A stretch of DNA of 64,000 nt from Mytilus edulis (taxonomy: Eukaryota): the NCBI RefSeq assembly GCF_963676685.1, contig NC_092352.1, positions 1,922,001 to 1,986,000 on the forward strand, written 5' to 3'. Below are positions 23,865 to 35,370 of the stretch, one piece after another. Under the pieces are notes generated by a model, which was not told the DNA's origin, did not search any database, and worked only from the letters and a program-made list of their open reading frames with translations. Within the stretch, counting starts at the first letter, position 1, and each line of letters starts with the position of its first letter. Both the position numbers and the translations under genes were made by a program.

Positions 23865-23987
23865 CTTGCCCGTATTTGGCACAACTTTTTGGAATTTTGG
23901 ATCCTCAATGTTCTTCAACTTTGTATTTGTTTAACTTTATAAATATTTTGATATGAGCGTCACATCACTGATGAGTCTTATTGTAGA
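23865..23987 (+). repeat. Fragment of a dispersed repeat with a hammerhead-ribozyme-like core (retrozyme-like), truncated
   Basis: It contains cactgatgagtctta(t)tgtaga with a CTGATGA core, but the GAAA half is missing. A degenerate inverted copy lies at about 41950-42022. Confidence 0.45.
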
Positions 23988-24122
23988 TCCTGAGAAAAAC
24001 ATGACGAAAAATATTCATGGGACAGACGGACAGACAGAGGTAAAACAGAATACCCCCCTCCTTTTTCAAAGCGGGGTATAATAAAGTAATATATTTGTCA
24101 GATCTTATTATATCATTAAATA

Positions 24123-24127
<5 letters not shown>

Positions 24128-24161
<34 letters not shown>

Positions 24162-24892
24162 ACTCGTCTAAACATCAACCCAACAATGTTAGATCTGTAA
24201 ATTTGCTTTCGCAAATTTTTGGTTCTTCCCTCGCCGAGATTCGAACCCATGCTACTGTGATATCGTGACACCAAATCGCCTGCACTGCAGCCGTCCCGCT
24301 AGACCACACGACCACCTGGGCTCTCAAAAAAAGAGCTTTCGGTGGGCATGTGTTACCTTTCCACGTCAGTTTTAATCTAGTGGCGTACTACAGTACATGA
24401 TATATAAGGCATGAAGATGTTATTGTTACAGATCAGCTAAATTATCTGTAGTAAAGGATCCTACAAATTAATGTAATATACAGTCACAGAAAATGATTAT
24501 ATTCATAAGTACGTCTGAGTCAGTGACAACTCTACAACAGATGTATCCATCGGATCGCCATCAATGATGGTGATACATGGCTGTGTACATAATGTATATA
24601 CAACTCGTCTAAACATCAACCCAACAATGTTAGATCTGTAAATTTGCTTTCGCAAATTTTTGGTTCTTCCCTCGCCGGGATTCGAACCCATGCTACTGTG
24701 ATATCGTGACACCAAATCGCCTGCACTGCAGCCGTCCCGCTAGACCACACGACCACCTGGGCTCTCAAAAAAAGAGCTTTCGGTGGGCATGTGTTACCTT
24801 TCCACGTCAGTTTTAATCTAGCGGCGTACTACAGTACATGATATATAAGGCATGAAGATGTTATTGTTACAGATCAGCTAAATATATATATA
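24128..24892 (-). repeat. 441-bp tandem repeat (about 1.6 copies) containing a tRNA-like Pol III cassette, embedded in (TA)n
   Basis: caactcgtctaaac occurs at 24160 and 24601. The minus strand reads gcccaggtggtcgtgtggtctagcg...gggttcgaatcccggcgaggg (A and B boxes). (TA)n lies on both flanks. Confidence 0.85.
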
Positions 24893-25300
24893 TTCAAAAG
24901 AAAATAATCAATTTAGAATTCAAAACAAGGTTAAGACACAATACTTCTACTGTTTAAGTGATAATCATGATTGATTTATTTTTTTAAAGAAAAAGATTAT
25001 ACAAGTATTACATATTATAAGGAAATGTCCATTGTACATGGATGCCCAACACACTCTACCATTTTCTATGTTTAGTGGACAATAAATCTAATGTACTAAG
25101 TTTCAAGTTGATTGGACTTTATCAAAAACTACCTTGACCAATAACTTTTATCTGAATCGTGACATTAAGACCGAAAAACATAATGCTCTTAAGTGGGGCC
25201 TAATAGTTACATTATCAATGATGCTGTTATAAAATGTGGTCAAGTTCAGATTAACCCTTTCAGACAGATAAGTACACCTTTCAAGCTTACAGTTACATAC

Positions 25301-25489
25301 CTTCCCATGTCCAAATACAGACTCTTTGGCATATCTTTCAAGACACTCCTGGCAAAACAGGTGCCCCTCATAACACTGAATCATCATCTCAAATGCCACT
25401 TCACCATAGCAACAACCACACTCTATCAACTGACCACTTTCCTCATACTCATGTTCGTTAACACTGACTGCCATTATATGATCCTGTTC
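25301..25489 (-). CDS. RNF216: RNF216-like exon encoding the start of RING1 of the RBR module
   Basis: It encodes EQDHIMAVSVNEHEYEESGQLIECGCCYGEVAFEMMIQCYEGHLFCQECLERYAKESVFGHGK, matching the recalled RNF216 pattern GQLIEC.CCYGE...HLFC.ECL.RYA.E.VFG.GK. Boundaries ttatag|GAA...AAG|gtatgt. The nine exons total 3201 nt in frame. Confidence 0.9.
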
Positions 25490-25872
25490 CTATAAAATAA
25501 CATTAACATCTTTAATACATTTACATGTATGTATGAAGTAGATTTTTGATCTCAGAAATGTTCATTTTATCAAATTTCTAATAATATTTCAATATTTAAA
25601 CAAAAGCAGTATGTAGATAAAATTATGTTTCTAATCTTTTCATTTAAAATTGTATGACATTTGATGTTAATTTGTTGTAAATCAACTTGTTAAGGTAGCC
25701 CATAGGTTGAACTTTGTGTATACAGCTGTTTCACAAACAACACTTCTTTTGGGGGAGTTACTGTATATATAGTGATTTAATTTTTTTTCGTAAGTAACAA
25801 TTTTCAAGGAGTAACGAAAACCTGCATGTTCTAGATATCAAATTCGTTGTTTCGTCTAAATATGTATACAAG

Positions 25873-26816
25873 CATACCTGTCAACTGATAGGTGTGACCC
25901 GAGATTTTCACAATTCTGAGGGATCACCTGTAACTCAGGAATTACCAAAATGACCCGTTTTTACCTGGATTTCATAGCCTTGTTGATTTCATAAGTGATT
26001 TTCCTTTAAAAAACGGGCAAATTCGTAATTTTTCCATGAACAGGAAGTTCAGATAGCTGTGTAAACTATCAAATTATGTGATCCATTAGTACATGGCTTC
26101 AAATGACAGCTTTGGTGTCAAACACACTGTTTTAAAATTATCACTAATTACCTTAGCTTTAGGTTGTAAATAAATTTCACTGTTGTTTTACAAACATTTT
26201 TCAACTTGAGTTACTTCCCCTTTTTTGTCACCATTCAAAATTGTTCCTTATATTTACGCTTTTTGGGGTAAAAAAAGATCTAAAACAAATAGACTTTATA
26301 TACATATTGAAATATAACTTTTCATTATTTTTATACCTTAATTTAATTATAAAAGAAAAATTGAAAATATTTTTTTTCATCTGTACTTTCTTTAACTGTT
26401 TATCTTTATTTTGCTATAGTCTAATTACAATCAACAATCAATTTATCTTAATATTGATAACTGAGGCTGAAACATATCAGATGAAGTACACTGTAGGAAT
26501 ATCTTTTAAAAGTGCAATGGTATAATAATTGATAAAATTTTAAATTACTTAACCAAGTGATAAAATTGAGAATGGAAATGGGGAATGTGTCAAAGAGACA
26601 ACAACCCGACCAAATAAAAAACAACAGCAGAGGGTCACCAACAGGTCTTCAATGCAGCGAGAACATGTTTTGGAAACTTTGATTTAAATTATAAAAAAAA
26701 TGTCCCCTAATTGCTGAAATTCAGCTCGAAAAAGTTTGTACGCGTTATGACCTGAGATTCCATTCTTCAACGCAGGTCATGACCTGCATTTTCATTGTCA
26801 CAGGTTGACAGGTATG
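25873..26816. mobile_element. Non-autonomous hAT-like TIR element
   Basis: 13-bp TIR catacctgtcaac / gttgacaggtatg. The flanks match only in part (tatacaag vs tataattc). Confidence 0.55.
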
Positions 26817-27132
26817 TATAATTCGACAGAAGATTCGTTATTCGTTGAACGTTTAATTTCATGGAAATCCACAAAAATGTGTATCCATCAAATAATAATG
26901 AATCCACAGTATATTTGACAGGGTGATTCATTGGTCAGATTGTTACCTGTAAAAAAATGATCACTAACTTTAATTTTAGTATGCATCAAGAGGAAGAGGG
27001 TTGATAATTCTGAAATTCATCATTACAATAATGCTCAGGTATATGTGGTGCAATGAAATGGCAACACCCCTTGATAGTGACTACTATTAACTTTCTAATG
27101 ATAATATTGGTCAATGCTCCATTTTACAATAC

Positions 27133-27263
27133 CTTTGTTTCTTCCTCTGTTTTAATTCTGATAAATTCTTTCTCGTGAACAAGTTCTGGACAGACAGGAA
27201 CTTCACTTCTGAGAGGTCGACCACACTTTAGGAACTGCATGCTGATAATTCTTTCACCATAAA
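27133..27263 (-). CDS. RNF216: RNF216-like exon (VYGERII...CPELVHEKEFIRIKTEEETK)
   Basis: Boundaries gttcag|TT TAT...AAG|gtattg; 131 nt, phase 1 to 0. Confidence 0.8.
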
Positions 27264-27687
27264 CTGAACATAAATTATACTTTAAAATATTATCAAACCA
27301 ATTTATCAAACACGCCTTAGGTGAAAAAAACATCAACTTAATGTTGCATTAAAAAAAATATTAAAGATTTCAGGTAAAGAAAAATAAATCAAATAGACAG
27401 AAAATATATTACAGATTAATTGTTGACACATATATATGTCTTGCCTGTGTGTAATTTCTCTTGTATCATTCAAATGTTGAAATATAAATAATAACATTAA
27501 CAACGCTAGATAAAACATGCCTAATTTATTCGTTCAGTGTATGTTTACTATTTTTTTTTGTTAATATGTCTTTTGATTGAGTTAAGCCATTTCAATTGAT
27601 ATTTGATAGTGTCTTTCTATATATGTTGTTATGTTACACTTTTATTTCAGGCTAGGGTGGAGGTTGGCATCTTTAAAATTGTTTAAA

Positions 27688-27929
27688 CCTGCCACATTTG
27701 TTTACATCTGTTCTCCTGCCACATTTGTTTACACCTGTTCTCCTGCCACATTTGTTTACATCTGTCCTCCTGCCACATTTGTTTACATCTGTTCTCCTGC
27801 CACATTTGTTTACATCTGTTCTCCTGCCACATTTGTTTACACCTGTCCTCCTGCCACATTTGTTTACACCTGTTCTCCTGCCACATTTGTTTACATCTGT
27901 TCTCCTGCCACATTTGTTTACACCTGTCC
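27688..27929. repeat. 27-bp minisatellite (about 9 copies) expanded inside a common dispersed repeat
   Basis: The unit is cctgccacatttgtttaca(t/c)ctgt(t/c)ct. The host repeat also occurs with a single unit at about 8230-8265. Confidence 0.92.
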
Positions 27930-28273
27930 TAAGTCAGGAACCTTTTGACCAGGGGTTGTCGCTTGTTGATGTGGTTCATAAGTGTTTCTAGATCTTGACT
28001 GGTTTTTTTTTAAGAGATAAGACTCTTGATTTTCATGTTTAAATGGTTTTATACTAGACATTTTTTTTGGCTAACTGTTCAGTGTCCGCCAAATCTTGGA
28101 ATTGTAGACCGTTCTTTGACCTATAATGGTTTTTCTTTTACACATTACGACTTGGGTACACAGTTGCCTCAATGGCACTCATACCACATCTTCTTATATC
28201 TATATAAAGCCTCCACTATTCGTCTTTATATCTACTCCAAGATCTATCAAGAAAATCTATATTTTACACTTAC

Positions 28274-28333
28274 CTCCGTCCACTTTAATTTCTGCCTTGG
28301 CTTGAGAATAAGGATGCATTAATGGGTTACTTT
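28274..28333 (-). CDS. RNF216: RNF216-like 60-nt exon (ESNPLMHPYSQAKAEIKVDG)
   Basis: Boundaries tttcag|AA AGT...GGA G|gtaagt; phase 1 to 1, so it is symmetric and skippable. Confidence 0.65.
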
Positions 28334-29914
28334 CTGAAAATATACAAACATAGTCATCAGAAAGAATATACTTTTTTTTAATAACTAATGGTGTTTAAAC
28401 TTAGATTCATCTTTTAAAATCAGTTAGTTGTCCCTGATGAATGAAAAAAAAACATTGAGTGAGCAAGCTTACAAACCCCAGGCCCCACACAGAACTAATA
28501 TGAAAAACCTCCCCCACTTCCATTACAGACTGTTTTTATTTAGGAAGGTTTCAATGAGTGAAAAAGGCTCACAACTGCATTAAGTCTAGTTTTAAAACAG
28601 TCATTTTGATTTTTAAATCACCTAAAAAGCTTGAACAATAATTAATTGAGTCATATTCAGTCTTTCAGTTCTGTTCACTTGTAGTCAAGTCAGTACTAGT
28701 ATGCAGGGATCTCCATGGCCCCGCCATCGTTCAAATGTCTTGCGCCATCGTCAAATGACTCGCGCCATCGTTAAACCTTCATCGTTTTTTGTAGCCCAAC
28801 GCCATTTTTTTTTATCAAATATAATCAAATGCATGTAATTGCATAACCCTTAGGCTTTTTATGTTATAATCCAATACAGTTCTAACGCCTGAGGGATATC
28901 CGATTAAGATCGCTAATCATTTGTACCTGAGCTTGTACAGGTAGATCAACAAACCAGACAGGAGAATACTATCTGAGGATAGACGATCCATTTGTCGAAT
29001 TAATCAACTAAGTTTCAGCAAATGATTATGATAATTTAGATTAAATAAATTAATTAATAATCCAGTTACAAAGAAAACAGTTTAACAAGTTGAACATGTG
29101 CTTTATTTTGACTTACGCATTCAGCATCCCCCTTTTTTTAAGAAGTACAAAATAAGACGCAAAACAGTAAATATTACTTCATCGCAAATAACTCGAGTAC
29201 TGCTGTAACGATAATTTAGAATTACTTTAAAAGTTTAAAAGTAAAAATTTTAATATTTCCAGTAAAGAAATATCGTATTGTAATTCCGAATTCATTTAGT
29301 ATATTACAATCAAATTGATACATCCGCGTTTCCGGTTTCTATTCAGACTCGAAAGATGCATGTTGCACAGCAGCAATTTGCCAGATAAAGTCATTAAAAA
29401 CCTTTTCATTTGTCAACGTTTGCTTTACAAAAAGTTTTATATTTTCATCTTCGGTAACAGATGATCATGCCACTAATATAAGTTGATGATAAGGACAATA
29501 CTTTTTCCAAAATCTTATTCTTATAACTCTCCTTTTACTTTTTCAAATCCATTGGCCCTGTCTTTGTTTTTTCAATAAAACAACATTTATCAAAAAACGA
29601 GAATGTGTCCATAGTACACGGATGCCCCATCCGCACTATTATTTTTGTTCAGTGGACTGTGAAAATGGGGTAAAATCTCTAAGTTGACATTAAAAATAGA
29701 AAATTATATCATAAGGAACATGAGTATTAAGTTTCAAGATGATAGGACTTCAACATGTTCAAGTTCATCAAAAACTACCTCGACCAAAAACTTTAACCTA
29801 AAACGGGACAGACGGACGAATGAATGAACAGATGCACACACCAGACAACATAATGCCCATAAATGGAGCATAAAAATTCATAAGCCCTGTTGTTTTGTGT
29901 TTCCAATAACTCAC

Positions 29915-30032
29915 CTTTCATCTTGGTGAACTCCTGAGCCCTGTTATTCATGATAGCTGTCATTACTTTATGAGAAGGAGCATAGTGACCATTAAAACAT
30001 TTCATAATGTTTCTTATATCTTTAAGAGAGAT
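29915..30032 (-). CDS. RNF216: RNF216-like exon (ISLKDIRNIMKCFNGHYAPSHK...)
   Basis: Boundaries tttcag|ATC...AAA G|gtgagt; 118 nt. It carries the GHYA motif recalled from RNF216. Confidence 0.82.
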
Positions 30033-30463
30033 CTGAAAAGACAAAATATTGCATTTCTAATATGAAGAGTCAGATATTTCTTCAGTTGTACAACAAAATT
30101 TCAGGATACTGAAGATTAGTTCTTGTTGCATAATTTAACATTAATTGTATGATGTTAAATTGCACACTACCAAAGTTGAAATAGTACTATTTAAAATTGT
30201 TAGTTTATACATGGGAAACCTGAAAATGGCATGTCCACTGCACTTTACATCTGATAAGTAAACTATATTCTCCAAGAATCCTGCATAACTAAAGGCTAAT
30301 GGAACGATATTATAAATTGCTAAGCCCCAATAACCCCTTGCAGAATAATTCATCAATGGTTCAGAACAACCTGCTAAGCACATCACATCAGATGGCACTG
30401 TTTCAACTCAAATTTGGCTGGAAATGTAACATCACTTTTGGTAATGAAATTCATAAATATATT

Positions 30464-31206
30464 TATAGTTTATCGTTGATCATCTCAACAAGATTGATAT
30501 TCTCACTTGAGCCGGGACGGCAAAAGCGATGAAAGGCAATCGAGTTGAGATGATCAATGATAATATGTTTATCGCTATTTTACCTATGACAACGTTGTCA
30601 ATTTCATGACAATTTCGTTAGCAACGCCACGTGCCTGTTTAGTTTCTAGCAATAATTTTCCATCTCAAGTGAGAAGCATGATATGAAAATTATCACAAAA
30701 CAAGAATGTGTCCATAGTACACGGATGCCCCACTCGCACTATCATTTTCTATGTTCAGTGGACTGTGAAATTGGGGTCAAAATTATAATTTGGAATTATA
30801 ATTAGAAAGATCATATCATAGGGAACATGTGTACTAAGTTTCAAGTTGATGTAACTTTAACTTCATCAAAAACTACCTTGACCAAAAACTTTAACCTGAA
30901 CTTCGCACTATCATTTTCTATGTTCAGTGGACCATGAAATTGGGGTCAAAACTAGAATTTGGCATTAAAATTAGAAAGATCATATCATGGGGAACATGTG
31001 CACTAAGTTTAAAGTTGATTGGACTTCAACTTCTTCAAAAACTACCTTGACCAAAAACTTTAACCTGAAGCAAACGGACGCACAGACGGACGCACAGACA
31101 GACGGACGAACGAACGGAGGCACAGACCAGAAAACATAATGCCCCTCTACTATCGTAGGTGGGGCATAAAAAAGATCAAAGGAAAAATGCACAAAATAGC
31201 GATAAA
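30464..31206. mobile_element. Second non-autonomous Crypton-type family, split by a Helentron-like insertion
   Basis: It starts with tatag and has a hairpin at about 30470-30563 with a gagccg..cggc loop. Internal tttatcgctatttt (30568-30581) is the exact inverse of terminal aaaatagcgataaa (31193-31206). Confidence 0.75.
30697..31172. mobile_element. Helentron/HINE-like element
   Basis: It runs aaacaagaatgtgtcc..gtacacggatgcccc, two internal units, (GACG/GAAC)n, and the palindrome atgcccctctactatcgtaggtggggcat. It is inserted in an A-run. Confidence 0.8.
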
Positions 31207-31697
31207 TATATATCTCTTCTAAATATCAGCCAAACAAAATTAGATCTATTAATTAGATCACCCATGCTACTGTCAGAGATATCGTGGCACCCAATCACCT
31301 TGAACTATGCCCAACACACAAGACCACTCGACCACCTAGGCTCTATATTTCTAAGTACGTCTGAAGCAGTGACAACTCTACCACAGATTGTATCCATCAG
31401 ATCAACAGTCGACCACCTAGGCTCTATATATATATAAGTACGTCTGAACCAGTGACAACTCTACAACAGATTATATCCATCAGATCAACAGTCGACCACC
31501 TAGGCTCTATATATATAAGTACGTCTGAACCAGTGACAACTCTACGACAGATTGTATCCATCAGATCAACAGTCAACCACCTAGGCTCTCTATATATAAG
31601 TACGTCTGAACCAGTGACAACTCTACGACAGATTTTATCCATCAGATCAACAGTGATGGTGATAAAAGGCTGAAACCATAACTTGACATAATGTATA
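31207..31697. repeat. Degenerate relative of the 441-bp tRNA-like repeat with a secondary ~81-bp tandem array (4 units)
   Basis: aagtacgtctgaa.cagtgacaactctac occurs at about 31352, 31436, 31517 and 31598. cccatgctactg...gatatcgtg is shared with 24246. Confidence 0.8.
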
Positions 31698-32198
31698 AAA
31701 AACAAGAATGTGTCCAAAGTACACGGATGCCCCACTCCCACTATCATTTTCCATGTTCACTGGACCGTGAAATTGGACAAAAAATATAATTAGGCATTAA
31801 AATTAGAAAGATAATATCATAGGGAACATTTGTACTAAGTTTCAAGTTGATTGGACTTCAACTTCATCAAAAACTACCTTGACCAAAAACTTTAACCTGA
31901 AACATGCACTTTCATTTTCTATGTTCAGTGGACCGTGAAATTGGGGTCAAAAGTTTAATTTGGCTTTAAAATTAGAAAGATCATATCATAAGGAACATGT
32001 GTACTACGTTTCAAGTTGATTGGACTTCAACTTCATCAAAAACTACCTTGACCAAAAACTTTAACCTGAAGCGGGACAGACGGACGAACGAACGAACAGA
32101 CGAATGAACGAACAGACGGACGGACGAACGAACGAACGAACGGACGCACAGACCAGAAAACATAATGCCCCTCTACTATCGTAGGTGGGGCATAAAAA
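31698..32198. mobile_element. Helentron/HINE-like element of the same family (older copies at 29595-29875 and 25020-25203)
   Basis: It has the same termini, internal units, microsatellite and palindrome as 30697-31172. Confidence 0.8.
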
Positions 32199-33124
32199 TA
32201 ACATCATAATGAAAATATGGACTAAAGTACCACAACTTCATGGTAAACTAAACCTTGAATTTTTGTATTGGACAGACTGGAATGTCTACAACCATATGCC
32301 CCCTCCCTACAAACCAAGCAGATGAGTCTTGAATCTTTCTTCTTAATACAATGTGCTTACAGGAAACAATATACATGGTATAAGATGTATTGCCCAACTG
32401 GCCAAACAGGCAAAATCCATCCTATATTAACTTTCCTTTTAATTAGTGTACATAAATAAAATTTTCTGACGAAGTTAAGATTAGGTTAAGTTTGTTCTTG
32501 GCCAACAGGCAGCCACTTATTTACTGACATCAGACACGCGAAGCCCATATTTTGACTATTTTATTTATTATGTCTGTTTAGTTCACGCATCATTGTAATT
32601 ATAGCGGAATTTGATGAGACTATCGTACAAAGTGAGAGGTTTAGCGCTATAAAACAAGGTTTAATCCACCATTTTCTACATTTGAAAATGTCTGTACCAA
32701 GTCAGGAATATGTTAGTTCTTGTCCATTCGTTTTTAATGTGTTTTGTCATTTGATTTTGCCATGTGATTAGGGACTTTCGGATTTGATTTTCCTCTGAGT
32801 TCAGTATATTTGTGATTTTACTTTTTACCCCTTTGTTCAACGAGGAAGTAATACATACAAATGATCAAGTCTTTGGTTTGACCTGTGTAAGCATCAAACT
32901 TATTTTGTTGAGACCATGAGACCGCAGACATGGTTCACCGTAGATTATAAATCATATCACATAAACTTATGTGTCATATAACTAGTAAAAACAAGACAAG
33001 ATTCCTACATTTGGCACTGGTACTACAACATTATGTCAGTATCATTCAGTAAAAATAATTCCTCAATTATCTCCCTTATAGTTCTTCCTTCAATCTATCT
33101 TTTAACTTGTTTTTAATCACCTAC

Positions 33125-33223
33125 CCATTTGAATTCTGACTGTAGTAGCATCTCACACTGGTTTCTGTAGGGACCAGTTACATGGCCACTGTATTCTTTG
33201 TAATAATCAATCTTAGGTAATGT
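33125..33223 (-). CDS. RNF216: RNF216-like exon (TLPKIDYYKEYSGHVTGPYRNQCEMLLQSEFKW)
   Basis: Boundaries ttacag|ACA...TGG|gtaggt; 99 nt. Confidence 0.8.
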
Positions 33224-33840
33224 CTGTAAGTAAAATTACATGCCTTTAATGTGGAAACAATTTATTTTTACTGCATACAGTTCGACAATGGTACTTTTTA
33301 AGGAACATTGTGAATTATTCAATAAAAATTTTGCTACACAAGACTGGTGTTTTAAAATTTTTAGAGCATTTCCAGAATACATTGATGAGACTGAGATTCA
33401 TTTCTTGGAAAATGTTGATTTTCCAGAATCTATCATTGTGATCATAGGATGATATTTATTTTTTTAAACTGTACTTGTGGTTTTTCCAGAATCTTCTTTA
33501 GTATCTGTAGGTTGAGGTTTATTCCTAAAAAAAATTTAAGACATTTTTGATTTTCTAGAACTTACCTTTGGTACCTGAGGTTGAGGTTTTTTTTCCAGGT
33601 AGCATTCCATTTAGAAAATTATATTAAATTAGACATCAAAACGTCAAATCATCTTCTATTCCTGGCGTTCTAATACTATGAAGGCTTTAAATTAATCTTC
33701 ACCCACCCCAAAGAGAAATCTATTGCTCACTAACTTTTATATTTATAGAAAAATCCACAGGCGCAAAAATGAGAAACTACACACCTAAATGTGGAGCGCT
33801 ACCTTAGACCTTAGGACACTGGAGATTTTCTAAAAATTAC

Positions 33841-34005
33841 CTTTGGTACTTGAGGTTGAGGCTTATTTTCAGACTTTTTAGGATATTGTGGATTTTCCAG
33901 TATTAGCATACAGGCATTATTGATAATCATCTGCCAGTTATGATCTTGTAATCGGTCATACAACTGGTCAACATAAGTCGGGTCAATATCTGGAAACATG
34001 TTGGT
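33841..34005 (-). CDS. RNF216: RNF216-like exon (TNMFPDIDPTYV...ILENPQYPK)
   Basis: Boundaries ttgtag|ACC...AAG|gtaatt; 165 nt. FPD.DP and ENP.YPK resemble RNF216 N-terminal conserved blocks. Confidence 0.8.
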
Positions 34006-34564
34006 CTACAAAAAAAGTTGTTTTATAATATGGACTAAAATGTCAGTCATAATATCTATAATGTTTGTTTACATACTTAATTCATTGTTATCTTCTTTAG
34101 GTCCAGTGGCAAATATTTCAAGAACATAGAAATGAACTAATTATTCCTTTTTTTTTAAACTCACATGTTATTTTGTCATGCTTGTACTTCTATTTTACAT
34201 GTTCATAGGATGTTTGTCTATGCCTTTTTTAAAGTGTTTTCAAATGATATTTTCATATCTATGGGTGTCAACTCACTCAAAAGAAGCAATAATGTAAGTG
34301 AAATTCTGACTTTGTCTCCATAAGTTGTTTGCACCATTTTAAAAGTGCCTTCTCTTGCATGGGTGCCATATGCATGTATGTTTTAATTTAACTACCCTCA
34401 TTCTGTTTTGAGAACAGTTATATCATTTTTTTTTGGGGTAAATATATTATTTTCTTTAATTATTTGTTATGCATGTGCCTTACACAATGTACATCATGTA
34501 CATATGTTCAAACTAGATACAATGTAGAAGTTTGCTAAGTTCCGCTTTTACTTTCTAATCTTAC

Positions 34565-34646
34565 CATTTCCTGCCTTAACTTCTCTTTTGCTTCTGCTTT
34601 CTTCCTTTCTGGTGTGGATTCTTCATCAGGAATGACAACTGGAGGA
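34565..34646 (-). CDS. RNF216: RNF216-like exon (PPVVIPDEESTPERKKAEAKEKLRQEM)
   Basis: Boundaries tttcag|...ATG|gtaag; 82 nt, phase 2 to 0. Confidence 0.75.
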
Positions 34647-35370
34647 CTGAAATAAAAAGAATCAAGGTCACATATACATGTTTACCTTTTTCATAACAAT
34701 GTATGTATGGACTCTATATCTGAAACCATAATCTAATTAATGCTACCATGCCACAGTTAATGTCCAATCATCAAATTCTTACAAGAAGTTAGGACTTTTT
34801 ATTACAAAGTTACATAAGTTCCTGGTATCTATAAAATGATGTATAATTGATGGGTTTAGTGTAACCAGAAAGAACCTTTTATTTTTATACTAGACAAACA
34901 TGTTACTTTTACACATTGTAACTTGCATGAAGAGTTGTCTCATTGGCACTCATGCCACATCTTCTTATTTCTAATGACTTCAGAATAATCTTTAATATAA
35001 TTGTAATTTATGGTTCTGTGTGCATTCTTCCTAAGTTATAAATTGACTGCTACATTGATGCATATTTGGCCATTGAGCTTCATCATTGTTTTAATTAGTG
35101 TTTAAATGGATTTTGTAGGCTTTCATGTAGCGCGCATAAAAATATTTCATCAGATCATTTTTTGAAAAGATTGCAGACTTACAACAATTGGCATTCAAAG
35201 ACATGACAGATGAACTCCATTTTAAAACTAAATAAAATTTTAAAACTTTCATTCAAGATGTTTAATTTGTCAGTGAGGTCCACTTTTATTTCTTGAACTT
35301 GGTGACCTTTTTACAGAAATCTCTTTAACCAAAAAATTGTTATTCTATTTCAATTTTCATTCTTTCTTAC

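Larger units (their letters stand above)
22411..24082. mobile_element. Helentron/HINE-like element with ~157-bp tandem units, interrupted by a Naiad 3' fragment
   Basis: Units contain aaacaggaagttgttgagt (about 22490, 22647, 22804; related copy about 23810). It ends with ggacagacggacagacag and the palindrome ataccccc...ggggtat. Confidence 0.75.

Noticed and set aside
24225-24322. Functional tRNA gene
   Set aside because: A and B boxes are present, but the spacing is too long and no clean cloverleaf forms. It sits within a tandem repeat.
27631-27991. Repetitive ORFs or a CRISPR-like array
   Set aside because: These are translations of a 27-bp minisatellite with no unique spacers, in a eukaryotic context.
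28704-29560. hAT-like element with CAGGG...CCCTG ends
   Set aside because: The terminal match is only about 5 bp and the flanks do not form a TSD.
31340-31660. Regularly spaced repeats resembling CRISPR
   Set aside because: The whole ~81-bp unit is repeated, with no variable spacers and no cas genes.
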